A stretch of DNA of 42,913 nt from a virus (lineage: Duplodnaviria > Caudoviricetes). The notes below the pieces were generated by a model, which was not told the DNA's origin, ran no database searches, and saw nothing but the letters and a program-made list of their open reading frames with translations. Positions 1-7,764 of this stretch are shown here, piece by piece. The number at the start of each line of letters is the position of its first letter. Position 1 is the first letter of the stretch. Where the stretch lies: positions 1 to 42,913 of IMG/VR virus record IMGVR_UViG_3300044472_000050; one strand, written 5' to 3'. Made by a program: the position numbers and the translations under genes.

Positions 1-126
1 TCGGACACTTGGAAGGACAGCAAATCGGACAGCGGATTGCTCGTCTTAACCCTTCTCTGCCATCCATTTAGGAAAAGCGAATCCGAGATCCGGACAGCGG
101 ATCGGACAGCGAAAAGGACAGGGGAT
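1..126 (+). repeat. Terminal direct repeat (copy 1), circular-assembly overlap
   Basis: 1-126 identical to 42753-42878; first mismatch is at 127 vs 42879. Confidence 0.97.
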
Positions 127-259
127 TGGACACCACTCCTATATTAGAGGCCCCAAAACCGGACAGCGAAAAGGACAGTGGTTCGGACAGCAAAAAGGAC
201 ACCTCGCTAAAAGACCCCAGGGGCGAAAATCGGACACGTTTAAACAACAACAGCAAAAC
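3..259 (+). repeat. Iteron-like array / probable replication origin inside the initiator gene
   Basis: GGACA(G/C) cores at 3,15,27; 92,104,116,128; 161,173,185,197; 232 (exact 12-bp period within each block), followed by A/T-rich GTTTAAACAACAACAGCAAAAC. Confidence 0.75.
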
Positions 260-800
260 CCTACCTCCCGTCCCTCCGTCTCCAGGCGAAAGGGGGGTCC
301 GGGGGGATCTCGAGCGCCTGCTCGGAGGGGCCGGCAAGGAGGGGGGAGGGGATCCGCCTGGCCATCCGGCTGATCTTCGGCATCCCATGCTTGGATTCCC
401 CAATCCCCGCCGGGCTCTCGAGCTTATGGCGACGATCGGACTCGGGCGGGCCATCGCCCGACCGTGCTCCGAGCAGCTTCCCCTGGGCCGCGTCTTCGAC
501 GTCGTCATCGCCGCCCGAGGGCACCCGAAGCCGGGAGGCTGGGCCCGGACGGCCTTCGTCGAGGGGTTCGAGGTCCCGCGGGCCAACGGCGAGGACCTGA
601 AGCGCCTGGTCGGTCTGCTCGAGGGGGACCGCGCGAATCTCGCCCGGCTGTACGGCGAGGCCTCGTCCCGGCCCCGCGATCCGGCTCTCGATCGCCGCCC
701 CGGGGAGAGCGAGAGCGATTGGCTCGGGCGGGCCATGGAGCATCATCGCGGACGTCTGGGGAAGGCCAGCTCCAGCCGGAAGAAAGAGGCCTCCCCATGA
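72..800 (+). CDS. C-terminal part of phage replication initiator (frame continues from 42435 via an apparent -1 shift)
   Basis: Frame open from 72 (track ORF 126..800); Ser/Asp iteron-encoded linker, then NNNSKTLPPVPP, typical of phage initiator linkers; no convincing independent start. Confidence 0.6.
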   Translation, partial: EKRIRDPDSGSDSEKDRGLDTTPILEAPKPDSEKDSGSDSKKDTSLKDPRGENRTRLNNNSKTLPPVPPSPGERGVRGDLERLLGGAGKEGGGDPPGHPADLRHPMLGFPNPRRALELMATIGLGRAIARPCSEQLPLGRVFDVVIAARGHPKPGGWARTAFVEGFEVPRANGEDLKRLVGLLEGDRANLARLYGEASSRPRDPALDRRPGESESDWLGRAMEHHRGRLGKASSSRKKEASP

Positions 801-997
801 ACGATCGTCTCGAGACTTGCCCTTTCTGCGGGGGCTGTAGCGCGGACATCGTGAGTCCGCGTCTGGGGGCGGACAGCACCTACGTCTTTTGCCCCTGCGG
901 CGGGCGAGGCCCTGGCGCGGATTCGGTGCCGGAGGCGGCCGCCCTCTGGAATTCGCGGGCGATTTCGGCGGCAATCGATCGGGAGGCTTCGGCATGA
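797..997 (+). CDS. Lar-like restriction-alleviation zinc-finger protein
   Basis: ATG at 797 overlapping the upstream stop; CPFCGG...FCPCGGRGP...EAAALWNSR matches the Lar-family pattern. Confidence 0.7.
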   Translation: MNDRLETCPFCGGCSADIVSPRLGADSTYVFCPCGGRGPGADSVPEAAALWNSRAISAAIDREASA

Positions 998-1335
998 CCA
1001 AAGAACAGAAACTTCGCGCGATCATCCGGCGGGACGTAACGACCGGGTTCATGTACAACCTGGAAAGGCAACTCCGCGCGCACGCCTACTACGTCCAGAA
1101 GCTCGCCGCCCACCCCCGGTTCCTCGAGCAGCTGATTGATGAGATGGTCGACTACCAGCTCGGGATCTATGGCCGCGTGAGCGACGAGGCCGCCGATCTG
1201 GCCTATAAGTTCTTCATCCAGGAGCCGGCCGGGAAAGAGTGGTGCCAGCTCGCGGCCGAATTCAATAGCGGCCTGGCGGAGTGGAGTCAGCGCTTCGCGC
1301 GGGACATCATCCGGCGACTTGAGAACCTGAATTGA
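994..1335 (+). CDS. Hypothetical protein
   Basis: GGAGG then ATG at 994 (MTKEQKLRAII), ATGA-coupled to the Lar stop. Confidence 0.75.
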   Translation: MTKEQKLRAIIRRDVTTGFMYNLERQLRAHAYYVQKLAAHPRFLEQLIDEMVDYQLGIYGRVSDEAADLAYKFFIQEPAGKEWCQLAAEFNSGLAEWSQRFARDIIRRLENLN

Positions 1336-1348
1336 GGAGGCGGAGGGC

Positions 1349-1618
1349 ATGGATGAAAAGATGAAGATCGAGGAGTACCAGGGCGCGGTCCAGGGGGTGG
1401 TCCTCTGCGCGCGCCTGATCGAGCAATACGACATCCCGAAGTTGCTCGAGGCGATTGAGCGGGCGGATGCGTTCGGCGGCATGCTGGACCCGACGCTCTG
1501 GCGGGGCAAGCACGGAGCCATGATGGAGGACAAGGCGGTCCTCGAGGCTGGGTTGCCGTTGTGGAGGCTCGCGAAGAAGATCCGCGAATCGATCGCGGAG
1601 CCGGCGAAGACGGCCTAA
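1349..1618 (+). CDS. Hypothetical protein
   Basis: GAGGAGG SD, ATG, phage-like codon usage. Confidence 0.75.
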   Translation: MDEKMKIEEYQGAVQGVVLCARLIEQYDIPKLLEAIERADAFGGMLDPTLWRGKHGAMMEDKAVLEAGLPLWRLAKKIRESIAEPAKTA

Positions 1619-1635
1619 CTTTTCAGGAGAGAGAG

Positions 1636-2292
1636 ATGGGTATTACCGAAGCACCCACGCGCACGCTCGAGGACGTCATCAAGGCGGAGACGGCCCTCAA
1701 GGTCAAGCTCGCGGAGGCGAATGCTGTCCTGAATTCGATATCGGTTGATCGGAATAGGGCGGCCGAGCGGATCCAGGACCTCGAGGGCCAGTGCCAGATC
1801 CTTCGCAAAGATCTCGATGCCGCCCACGCGACGGTCGCCGCTCGGGAGAACGGGATCAACCTGGCGAAGTCCAATGCCGCCGAGCACCTTCTCCGCCGGC
1901 GGAAGGCCGAGGAGGTCGTCGAGCCCCTTCGTCGCGAGCTCCGGATGGCCCACGACTCGGTCAAGCAGCTGCGCGAGGTGGAGGAGAAGCTGCGCGCCGA
2001 CGTGACGACCGAGCGCCATGCCAGGCTCGACATCCAGCGAAGGCTCGAGGCGTCTCTCGAGACCTGCGCCATGATGCAGGGATCGCGCGATCGGGCGCAG
2101 CGCGAGTGCCACGAGGCGAAGGTGGTGGCGGCCAAGGAGCGCGAATGCACCGATGGCCTCGATCGCCAGGTGAAAGCCCTGCGCGGCAAGATCGAAGAGC
2201 TCGAGGCGCAGCTCCGTGATGCCCAGAAGCTCGCCGCTGGCGCGCTCAAGAAGGGCGTCGATGCTCTCGGGAAGGTGGTCGCGAAAGCGTGA
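1636..2292 (+). CDS. Long coiled-coil protein
   Basis: AGGAGAG SD then ATG at 1636 (MGITEAPT); heptad-like E/K/R/L/A-rich sequence. Confidence 0.75.
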   Translation: MGITEAPTRTLEDVIKAETALKVKLAEANAVLNSISVDRNRAAERIQDLEGQCQILRKDLDAAHATVAARENGINLAKSNAAEHLLRRRKAEEVVEPLRRELRMAHDSVKQLREVEEKLRADVTTERHARLDIQRRLEASLETCAMMQGSRDRAQRECHEAKVVAAKERECTDGLDRQVKALRGKIEELEAQLRDAQKLAAGALKKGVDALGKVVAKA

Positions 2293-2516
2293 GCGACGAA
2301 ACCACCCGTCGAGAGGATCTGGCGGTCCGCCTGCGCGCGGCCCTCGCCGAGCTCGAGAGCGTGAAGAAGGAGCGCGATGAGTTCCAGCGCGAGCTGATCC
2401 AGGTGCGCGAGAAGAAGGAGCGGATCGGCGCGGCGGTCAAGGCTATGGTGCCTGACATTGCCAATCTCCAGCACCTGGTGCCGGACTTCGTCAGGCTGAG
2501 GGAGTTGGTAGATTGA
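2289..2516 (+). CDS. Small coiled-coil hypothetical protein
   Basis: GTGA-coupled to the upstream stop; helical charged sequence. Confidence 0.7.
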   Translation: MSDETTRREDLAVRLRAALAELESVKKERDEFQRELIQVREKKERIGAAVKAMVPDIANLQHLVPDFVRLRELVD

Positions 2517-2767
2517 GAATGCTGATGCTCCTCGTCCTGGCTCTGGCCGGCTGCTGCCTGGCTCAAGATCCAGAGGATGGCAAGGTCTGGGTGCGCGTGC
2601 AGAATGCAACCGACCGTCCGATCCATGCCTTCCTAGATGCCGGGCCAATTGGTCCATGGCCCATCACCGTCCCTCCTCGATCGACGAAGGAGTACTGGAT
2701 GCTGCGCGCGTTCCTTCCGAACCGTGTCACGCTCTCGATCATAGAGCGGCAGGAGGAGCGGCGATGA
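2513..2767 (+). CDS. Putative small lipoprotein
   Basis: MRMLMLLVLALAGC: basic N-terminus, hydrophobic core, LAGC lipobox. Confidence 0.65.
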   Translation: MRMLMLLVLALAGCCLAQDPEDGKVWVRVQNATDRPIHAFLDAGPIGPWPITVPPRSTKEYWMLRAFLPNRVTLSIIERQEERR

Positions 2768-2916
2768 AGATTGGCTGGGTCTGTATACGAACTAGGCAAT
2801 TTCCGGGTCCTTCCCGGGGTCGGTACGGATGGGGCCCCTGCGCTTTCGCGTTTCCCACACGAGCGCTGCCTAAAACCCCAAGGGCAGCACTGCTAAGGAC
2901 GCTTGGCATCCGATGA
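2764..2916 (+). CDS. 50-aa small protein ending in the repeat-encoded peptide ALPKTPRAALLRTLGIR
   Basis: GGAGGAG SD, ATG at 2764 coupled to the lipoprotein stop. Confidence 0.45.
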   Translation: MKIGWVCIRTRQFPGPSRGRYGWGPCAFAFPTRALPKTPRAALLRTLGIR

Positions 2917-2923
2917 GACGAGC
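2863..2923 (+). repeat. 61-bp perfect direct repeat, copy 1
   Basis: Identical to 4392-4452 (GCGCTGCCTAAAACCCC...GATGAGACGAGC). Confidence 0.97.
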
Positions 2924-2987
2924 CGGACAGCGGGGAGCTCCATGAGAAGTGGCCGCTTGAGCATTACGACGTGAGGAAGGAGAAAGA

Positions 2988-3665
2988 GTGATCACGCATT
3001 CGGGAATCTGGGTTACGCCGACGACTGGCCTCGTCCCCTCGCCACTCGACATCGCGGTCCATAGCGGCCGCATCACCCGGTACGCCGGCGCGCTCTGGTC
3101 GCCGCTCCTGGCTCACATGGTCTTCGTCGCGGAGATCACCTGGTCGGAGCTCATGATGCGGACGGGGCCGGGCGGCTGCCCGAACTTCGACTATCCCACG
3201 TGGGCCTGGTCGCTCCTCCACGACGCGCACGAGACGTTCATGGGCGAGATCCCGCGGCGATGGAAACTGCCCGAGCGGAAGGCGCAGGAGAAGGAGGCCG
3301 ACCGCCGGATTGCGGCGGCGTACGGGCTCCTCGGGTCAGTGATCGACCACGCCCTCATCAAGGAGGCGGATGAGCGCGCGCTCCTCGCGGAGGCAGTGAC
3401 GCTCAAGCTGCCCGGCTTCCCGGAGAAGTACACCGCCGAGAACAACCTGCTCGCCTTCCCGGATCCACCAGGCGGCGATCTCGAAATGATGGAGGCGCTC
3501 GTCCGTTCGGGCTTCTACCAGATCGAGCAGTGCACGAACCCCGCCTCGCCGGCGGTGGTGGGGATCGCTCGCGTCCTCACGTTCATCCAGGGCGGCCACC
3601 TTGCCGACGCCCTCTTCGCCTTCCGGGAGATCCTGAACGAGGTGCTCCCGGAGGTGAAGGCGTGA
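2988..3665 (+). CDS. HD-domain phosphohydrolase (YfdR/YfbR-like nucleotidase)
   Basis: DIA...RYAG...LAH...LLHDAHETFMGEIPRRWK...IKEAD motif order; AAGGAG SD. Confidence 0.8.
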   Translation: MITHSGIWVTPTTGLVPSPLDIAVHSGRITRYAGALWSPLLAHMVFVAEITWSELMMRTGPGGCPNFDYPTWAWSLLHDAHETFMGEIPRRWKLPERKAQEKEADRRIAAAYGLLGSVIDHALIKEADERALLAEAVTLKLPGFPEKYTAENNLLAFPDPPGGDLEMMEALVRSGFYQIEQCTNPASPAVVGIARVLTFIQGGHLADALFAFREILNEVLPEVKA

Positions 3666-3862
3666 AGCGCATCGAAGCGCGAGGCCTCTGCGAATGCGGC
3701 TGCGGCCAACGAGCCGGCCCCTACGCGCGCACCGAGCTCAGCCGAGGGATGGTCCGGGGCCAGCCGCGCCGATTCATCGAGGGCCACAACTCGCGGGTCT
3801 CGGGGTACGGGCGCAATTTCGATCTCCTCAGGATCCGGAGCGAGAGGAAGCGGAGAGCATGA
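3662..3862 (+). CDS. Small protein with CECGCG...F.EGH zinc-binding module
   Basis: GGAGGTGA SD, GTG at 3662; motif often seen N-terminal to phage HNH nucleases, but no HNH domain follows. Confidence 0.65.
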   Translation: MKRIEARGLCECGCGQRAGPYARTELSRGMVRGQPRRFIEGHNSRVSGYGRNFDLLRIRSERKRRA

Positions 3863-4368
3863 AACGGATCGAGATCCAACGCGCGCCAATTTCCGAACGG
3901 CCGAACCGTTGGCGGATCCTCGAGTTTGGCCGGAATCAGGCATGGGCCTCCTATTGGAGGACCGCCCGCCAGGCCCGACGCGTCGCGAGGACGCTCCGGA
4001 TGGCCACCGGCGGCGAACAGCTCGGCCTCGTCGAATGCTGTAGCTGCGGATATCTCGGCGCCTTCCCATGCGTCGCGCCCTGGGACGCTTCCCAGCAGGG
4101 CTACGCCTGGGAGGAATGGGAGTACCTCTGTGGGGACTGCGCGGAGAAGCAGGGCTATTGCCGTGGCTGCGGTTATGCCTGGGCCGGTGTCGAGAGCTTC
4201 GAATTCAGCCGGATCAAGGGCTACTGCGAGAACTGCGTCTTCGAAATCGAGGCCGACAACCACAGCGGCGAGGATGAGGAGTATTACGACCCCGAGGATT
4301 ACGACCCTGCCGAGCCGGTCTCTTCCGAGTCTGATCTGGACGTGCCGACAGAGAGGAGCGACTGGTGA
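3859..4368 (+). CDS. Cys-rich hypothetical protein with acidic tail
   Basis: ATG at 3859 (MKRIEIQ); several CxxC pairs; D/E-rich C-terminus. Confidence 0.7.
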   Translation: MKRIEIQRAPISERPNRWRILEFGRNQAWASYWRTARQARRVARTLRMATGGEQLGLVECCSCGYLGAFPCVAPWDASQQGYAWEEWEYLCGDCAEKQGYCRGCGYAWAGVESFEFSRIKGYCENCVFEIEADNHSGEDEEYYDPEDYDPAEPVSSESDLDVPTERSDW

Positions 4369-4445
4369 GCACCGGAGAGAAGCGCTCGATCGCGCTGCCT
4401 AAAACCCCAAGGGCAGCACTGCTAAGGACGCTTGGCATCCGATGA
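4365..4445 (+). CDS. 26-aa micro-ORF MSTGEKRSIALPKTPRAALLRTLGIR
   Basis: GAGGAG SD, GTG coupled to the upstream TGA, own TGA overlaps the TerS ATG; same C-terminal 17 aa as 2764-2916. Confidence 0.4.
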   Translation: MSTGEKRSIALPKTPRAALLRTLGIR

Positions 4446-4452
4446 GACGAGC
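4392..4452 (+). repeat. 61-bp perfect direct repeat, copy 2 (contains the TerS start codon)
   Basis: Identical to 2863-2923. Confidence 0.97.
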
Positions 4453-5008
4453 GACGAAGAAGAAGACCGAAGCCCCTCGAGGCCTGCTCTCGACGCGCGC
4501 GCTCCTCGAGAAGCTCGGCTTCTCCGAGCGCACGCTCTACAAATACTGCCAGCAAGGCCTCCCCATCGCGAAGCGCGGGAAGGGCCGCGCGCTCTCCTTC
4601 TTCCGGCTCTCCGACGTCGAGGAATGGATCGCCGAGCATGTCGAAGGCGCGGTCGAAAAGGACTTTCGCGATTCCGATGAGACGAGCCCCTTCCTTGAGA
4701 AGTACCGCGAGGAGCGCTATCGCCGCGAGAAGCGCCTGAACGACATCGCCGAAGGCCGGCTCCTCGAGATGGATCAGGCGCGCGAGGAGCTCCAGGTCAT
4801 CTTCGGAAAGCTCCGGGCCCGGCTCGAGGCCGTCGGCCGCGCGCACGGCCCGGCCGTCGCCGACGCCCTGAAAGATGCGATCGACGGCGCCGCGCAGGAC
4901 GCGGAGGAAAAATTCCCCGCGCCACCTTCGATCGAGCCCGCGGCGGCGCCGGCGTCGCCGGAGCCGCAGCCAGCGGCCCCCGCGAGCGGGGAGGCGAAGG
5001 CTTCGTGA
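4442..5008 (+). CDS. Terminase small subunit (Nu1-like winged HTH)
   Basis: N-terminal HTH (LGFSERTLYKYCQQGLP...FRLSDVEEW), helical ERYRREKRLNDIAEGRLL segment, directly upstream of TerL. Confidence 0.8.
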   Translation: MRRATKKKTEAPRGLLSTRALLEKLGFSERTLYKYCQQGLPIAKRGKGRALSFFRLSDVEEWIAEHVEGAVEKDFRDSDETSPFLEKYREERYRREKRLNDIAEGRLLEMDQAREELQVIFGKLRARLEAVGRAHGPAVADALKDAIDGAAQDAEEKFPAPPSIEPAAAPASPEPQPAAPASGEAKAS

Positions 5009-6963
5009 GCGCCGCGCTCCGTCTCGAGTTCCGCCGGTCGGCCTTCGGGATGCTCCGCCTGGCCAAGTGGCGGAAGCCCCTCGAGTTCGCCGAGCGGGAG
5101 ATCATCCTCGCCGACGGGCCCCGCCAGGGCCACCGCTTCCGCGCGGATTTCATGCCGTTCAGCCGCCTCGTCCTCGAGGAGTTCGACCGCTCGCGGTACC
5201 GCCGCTTCTTCGGAATGGGCCCGACCCAAAGCGGGAAGACGCTCCTCTTCTACCAGATCCCGGCGCTCTACCATCTCTTCGAGATCGGCGAGAACATCAT
5301 CCTGGGCGGCCCGACCGCGGAGCTCGCCTACTCGATCTACCTCGACCGCCTCCTCCCTTCGATCCGCGCAGGCCGATACGAGGATCTTCTCCCGCGCGCC
5401 GGCGCCGGCTCGCGCGGCGGGAAGACGCTGGCCATCCGGTTCCGGAACGGCGCGGTCGCGCGCTTCATGGGCGCCGGCGGCGGCGACCAGCAGCGATCGA
5501 GCTATACCGCGCGCGTCATCATCATGAGTGAGATGGACAAGATGGACCGCCCGGGCAAGGCTTCGCGCGAGGCAAGTCCGATCGCGCAGATGGAGGCCCG
5601 CGCCTCGGCCTTCGGAGAATACGCCCGGATCTATGGCGAATGCACGGTCTCGATCGAGCGGGGAAGCATCAACCAGGAGACGATGGTCTACGGCACCGGG
5701 AGCTCCGTGCAGTTCGACTGCCCGGCATGCTCCAAGCCGACGCCTCTCGAGCGTGAAGACTTCCATGGGTGGCAGGCCGCGGCGGACCTCGCGGCCGCGC
5801 GCGCGAACGGCCACTTCGTCTGCCGGGCCTGCGGAAAGCCGTGGAGCGAGCGGGACCGGCAGGAGGCGCTCCGCCGGCCACGCCTGGTGGCGAGATCGCA
5901 ATCGGTCGACGCGGAGGGCCAGGTCGTGGGCGAGCCGCCGGCGACCAACACCTTCGGGGTCCGGTGGACGGCGGGCGCCTCGCGATTTCTGAGCCAGGCC
6001 GACATCGCCGAGCGGGAGTTCAAGGCCGACAGCGGCGACGACGAGGTGAAGCGCGGGCTCATGCAATGGGTCTGGACCCGTCCCTTCGAGGGCGAGGCGG
6101 CCGACTTCCAGCGCCTCGAGGCGGACCAGGTCCTCCGGAAGATGGTCGGGCACGAGCGGAAGGTCGCGCCCAAGGATACGCAGAAGATCACGCTCTTCAT
6201 CGACGTCGGGAGCTATGCCTGCTGGTGGGCACTCGTCGCCTGGCAGGCGGACGCCTCCGGCCATGTCATGGACTTCGGGAAGATCGAGGTCCCGAACGAC
6301 CGCGCCCGGGGCCCGAACCCCCTCGCCGTGCTCGGCGCGCTTCAGGGGTTCCGCGAGCACACGATCGCGCCGGGCTGGCTCTTCGGCCGGCGGCCGGATC
6401 TCATTCTCGTCGACTCCGGTTACGAGCATGACATGGTCTACAAATTCGTTCAGGAGAGCGGCCAGGGGCCTTATCTCGCCTCGAAGGGCTTTGGAACCTC
6501 AAAGCAGCTCCGGTGGCACGCCCCGCGCGTCTCGAGCCATGACCGTCAGGTGGGGAACGAATGGACCGTAAGCCTTCAGGAGGGCGGGATCCAGCTGGTT
6601 GAGATCCATTCCGATTATTGGAAAGGCGTGGTCCATGACGGCTTCCAGGCCGCAGTCGGCTCGCCCGGGTCGATCACGATCTTCAACTGGCCCAAGAGCG
6701 ATGACGCCCTCCGGAAGTTCGCCCAGCAGGTGACCGCGGAGCGCCGGCACGTCGAGCGGCCGCCCGGCAAGGAAGCGGTCATCTACTGGGTCGTCGAGAG
6801 CCGGGCGAACCATTACCTCGATTGTCTGGTCGGCTGTCGCGCGGCCGCCGATATGCTTGGGATCAAGCTCGTTCCCGTGGGGAAGCCGCCCGCGCCGCCG
6901 GCCGCGGCCGCGGCCGCTCCGGACGGCGGCAAGCGGGAGGGCTGGCTCCGTTCCCGATATTAA
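5005..6963 (+). CDS. Terminase large subunit, lambda GpA family
   Basis: Walker A GPTQSGKT, Walker-B-like IIMSEMD, CPAC/CRAC zinc motif, nuclease IDVG...VDSGY...KG...NHYLDC. Confidence 0.92.
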   Translation: MSAALRLEFRRSAFGMLRLAKWRKPLEFAEREIILADGPRQGHRFRADFMPFSRLVLEEFDRSRYRRFFGMGPTQSGKTLLFYQIPALYHLFEIGENIILGGPTAELAYSIYLDRLLPSIRAGRYEDLLPRAGAGSRGGKTLAIRFRNGAVARFMGAGGGDQQRSSYTARVIIMSEMDKMDRPGKASREASPIAQMEARASAFGEYARIYGECTVSIERGSINQETMVYGTGSSVQFDCPACSKPTPLEREDFHGWQAAADLAAARANGHFVCRACGKPWSERDRQEALRRPRLVARSQSVDAEGQVVGEPPATNTFGVRWTAGASRFLSQADIAEREFKADSGDDEVKRGLMQWVWTRPFEGEAADFQRLEADQVLRKMVGHERKVAPKDTQKITLFIDVGSYACWWALVAWQADASGHVMDFGKIEVPNDRARGPNPLAVLGALQGFREHTIAPGWLFGRRPDLILVDSGYEHDMVYKFVQESGQGPYLASKGFGTSKQLRWHAPRVSSHDRQVGNEWTVSLQEGGIQLVEIHSDYWKGVVHDGFQAAVGSPGSITIFNWPKSDDALRKFAQQVTAERRHVERPPGKEAVIYWVVESRANHYLDCLVGCRAAADMLGIKLVPVGKPPAPPAAAAAAPDGGKREGWLRSRY

Positions 6964-7005
6964 AACTGCGATCGTTGAGATTCGGCTGGCTGGAAAGGAG
7001 AGAGA

Positions 7006-7254
7006 GTGCCCAAAAAAAAGGTCTCCGCGCCTTCAGCTTTAACGGTCGGCGCCGTCAATGAATGCAGACGTCTGCAAAGCGAGGTCCCGCCGAGCCTCCC
7101 GAAAGAAGAGTATGCCTTTCCGAGCCGCGTCCGCTGCGAGCGGTGCGGCTCGCCGAATAGCAAGGTCTATGGGACCAAGGGCGCGACGCAATACAGGGAA
7201 TGCCAGGTCGCCGTCTGCCGATGGAGGTTCAAGACGCCCGGAAAATCGCTCTGA
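7006..7254 (+). CDS. Ogr/Delta-like C4 zinc-finger protein
   Basis: CERCGS...YRECQVAVCRWRFKT resembles the P2 Ogr / P4 Delta finger; AAAGGAG SD. Confidence 0.55.
   Translation: MPKKKVSAPSALTVGAVNECRRLQSEVPPSLPKEEYAFPSRVRCERCGSPNSKVYGTKGATQYRECQVAVCRWRFKTPGKSL
7063..7076. promoter_or_regulatory. 14-bp palindrome TGCAGACGTCTGCA, copy 1 (candidate protein-binding site)
   Basis: Perfect palindrome; identical copies at 33186 and 38440. Confidence 0.55.
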
Positions 7255-7479
7255 ATATGCCACTTTTTCATTCTAAAACGCATCTGAACGTGCTTTTGGG
7301 GCCCCTAATGCGGACTTCCGCGGGGCGGAAACAGCCCCTTTTTATTCGGGTCCCATTCGTGTAAATAGAGTCATCTGCGCGTAGGCGGCTGATCCCCGCC
7401 GAGGGCTCCTGGGGGCTGAGGTCTCTCCCAGGGAGCCTCGCCCCCGGGGCCACGCGCCTCCTGGGGGAAGGGATGAGGG

Positions 7480-7764
7480 TTGGCTGCCAGCGGCTGGGCA
7501 TACTCGGATTGGATCACCCTCGAGGCCGGGAGCGCCTCGCGCCTTGAGCGGCTCCGCCTTCACATCCGGGAAGTCTCCGACAAGATCTCGACGGGGAGCT
7601 ATTCCGTCGAGGGGAAGTCCCACGACTTCGACGCGGTCCAGAGATACCTCGACCGGCTCCTGACGGCCGAGAAGGAGGAGATGTCGGGCGGCTCGACCGC
7701 GGCCGCCACCGAGACGGTCTTCGTGCGTGCCGTCCCGATCCGCCCCGGCGGAGGCGCGCCGTGA
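7480..7764 (+). CDS. Head-tail joining protein (gpW-like)
   Basis: Between TerL and portal; helix, SYSVEGKS hairpin, helix layout as in gpW-like proteins. Confidence 0.6.
   Translation: MAASGWAYSDWITLEAGSASRLERLRLHIREVSDKISTGSYSVEGKSHDFDAVQRYLDRLLTAEKEEMSGGSTAAATETVFVRAVPIRPGGGAP

Noticed and set aside
69-210. TAG recoding to explain the split initiator gene
   Set aside because: Reading through TAG 145-147 hits TAA soon after, and many genes in the genome end normally in TAG
2896-2907. 12-nt AGGACGCTTGGC shared between the 61-bp repeat and the tRNA (reverse complement at 33472-33483)
   Set aside because: Short single match found after many comparisons; cannot be separated from chance
2863-4452. 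61-bp repeats as a CRISPR array or hammerhead ribozyme
   Set aside because: Only two copies, 1.5 kb apart, and no cas genes; CCGATGAG resembles the hammerhead CUGAUGA core but the GAAA strand and three-stem junction are missing
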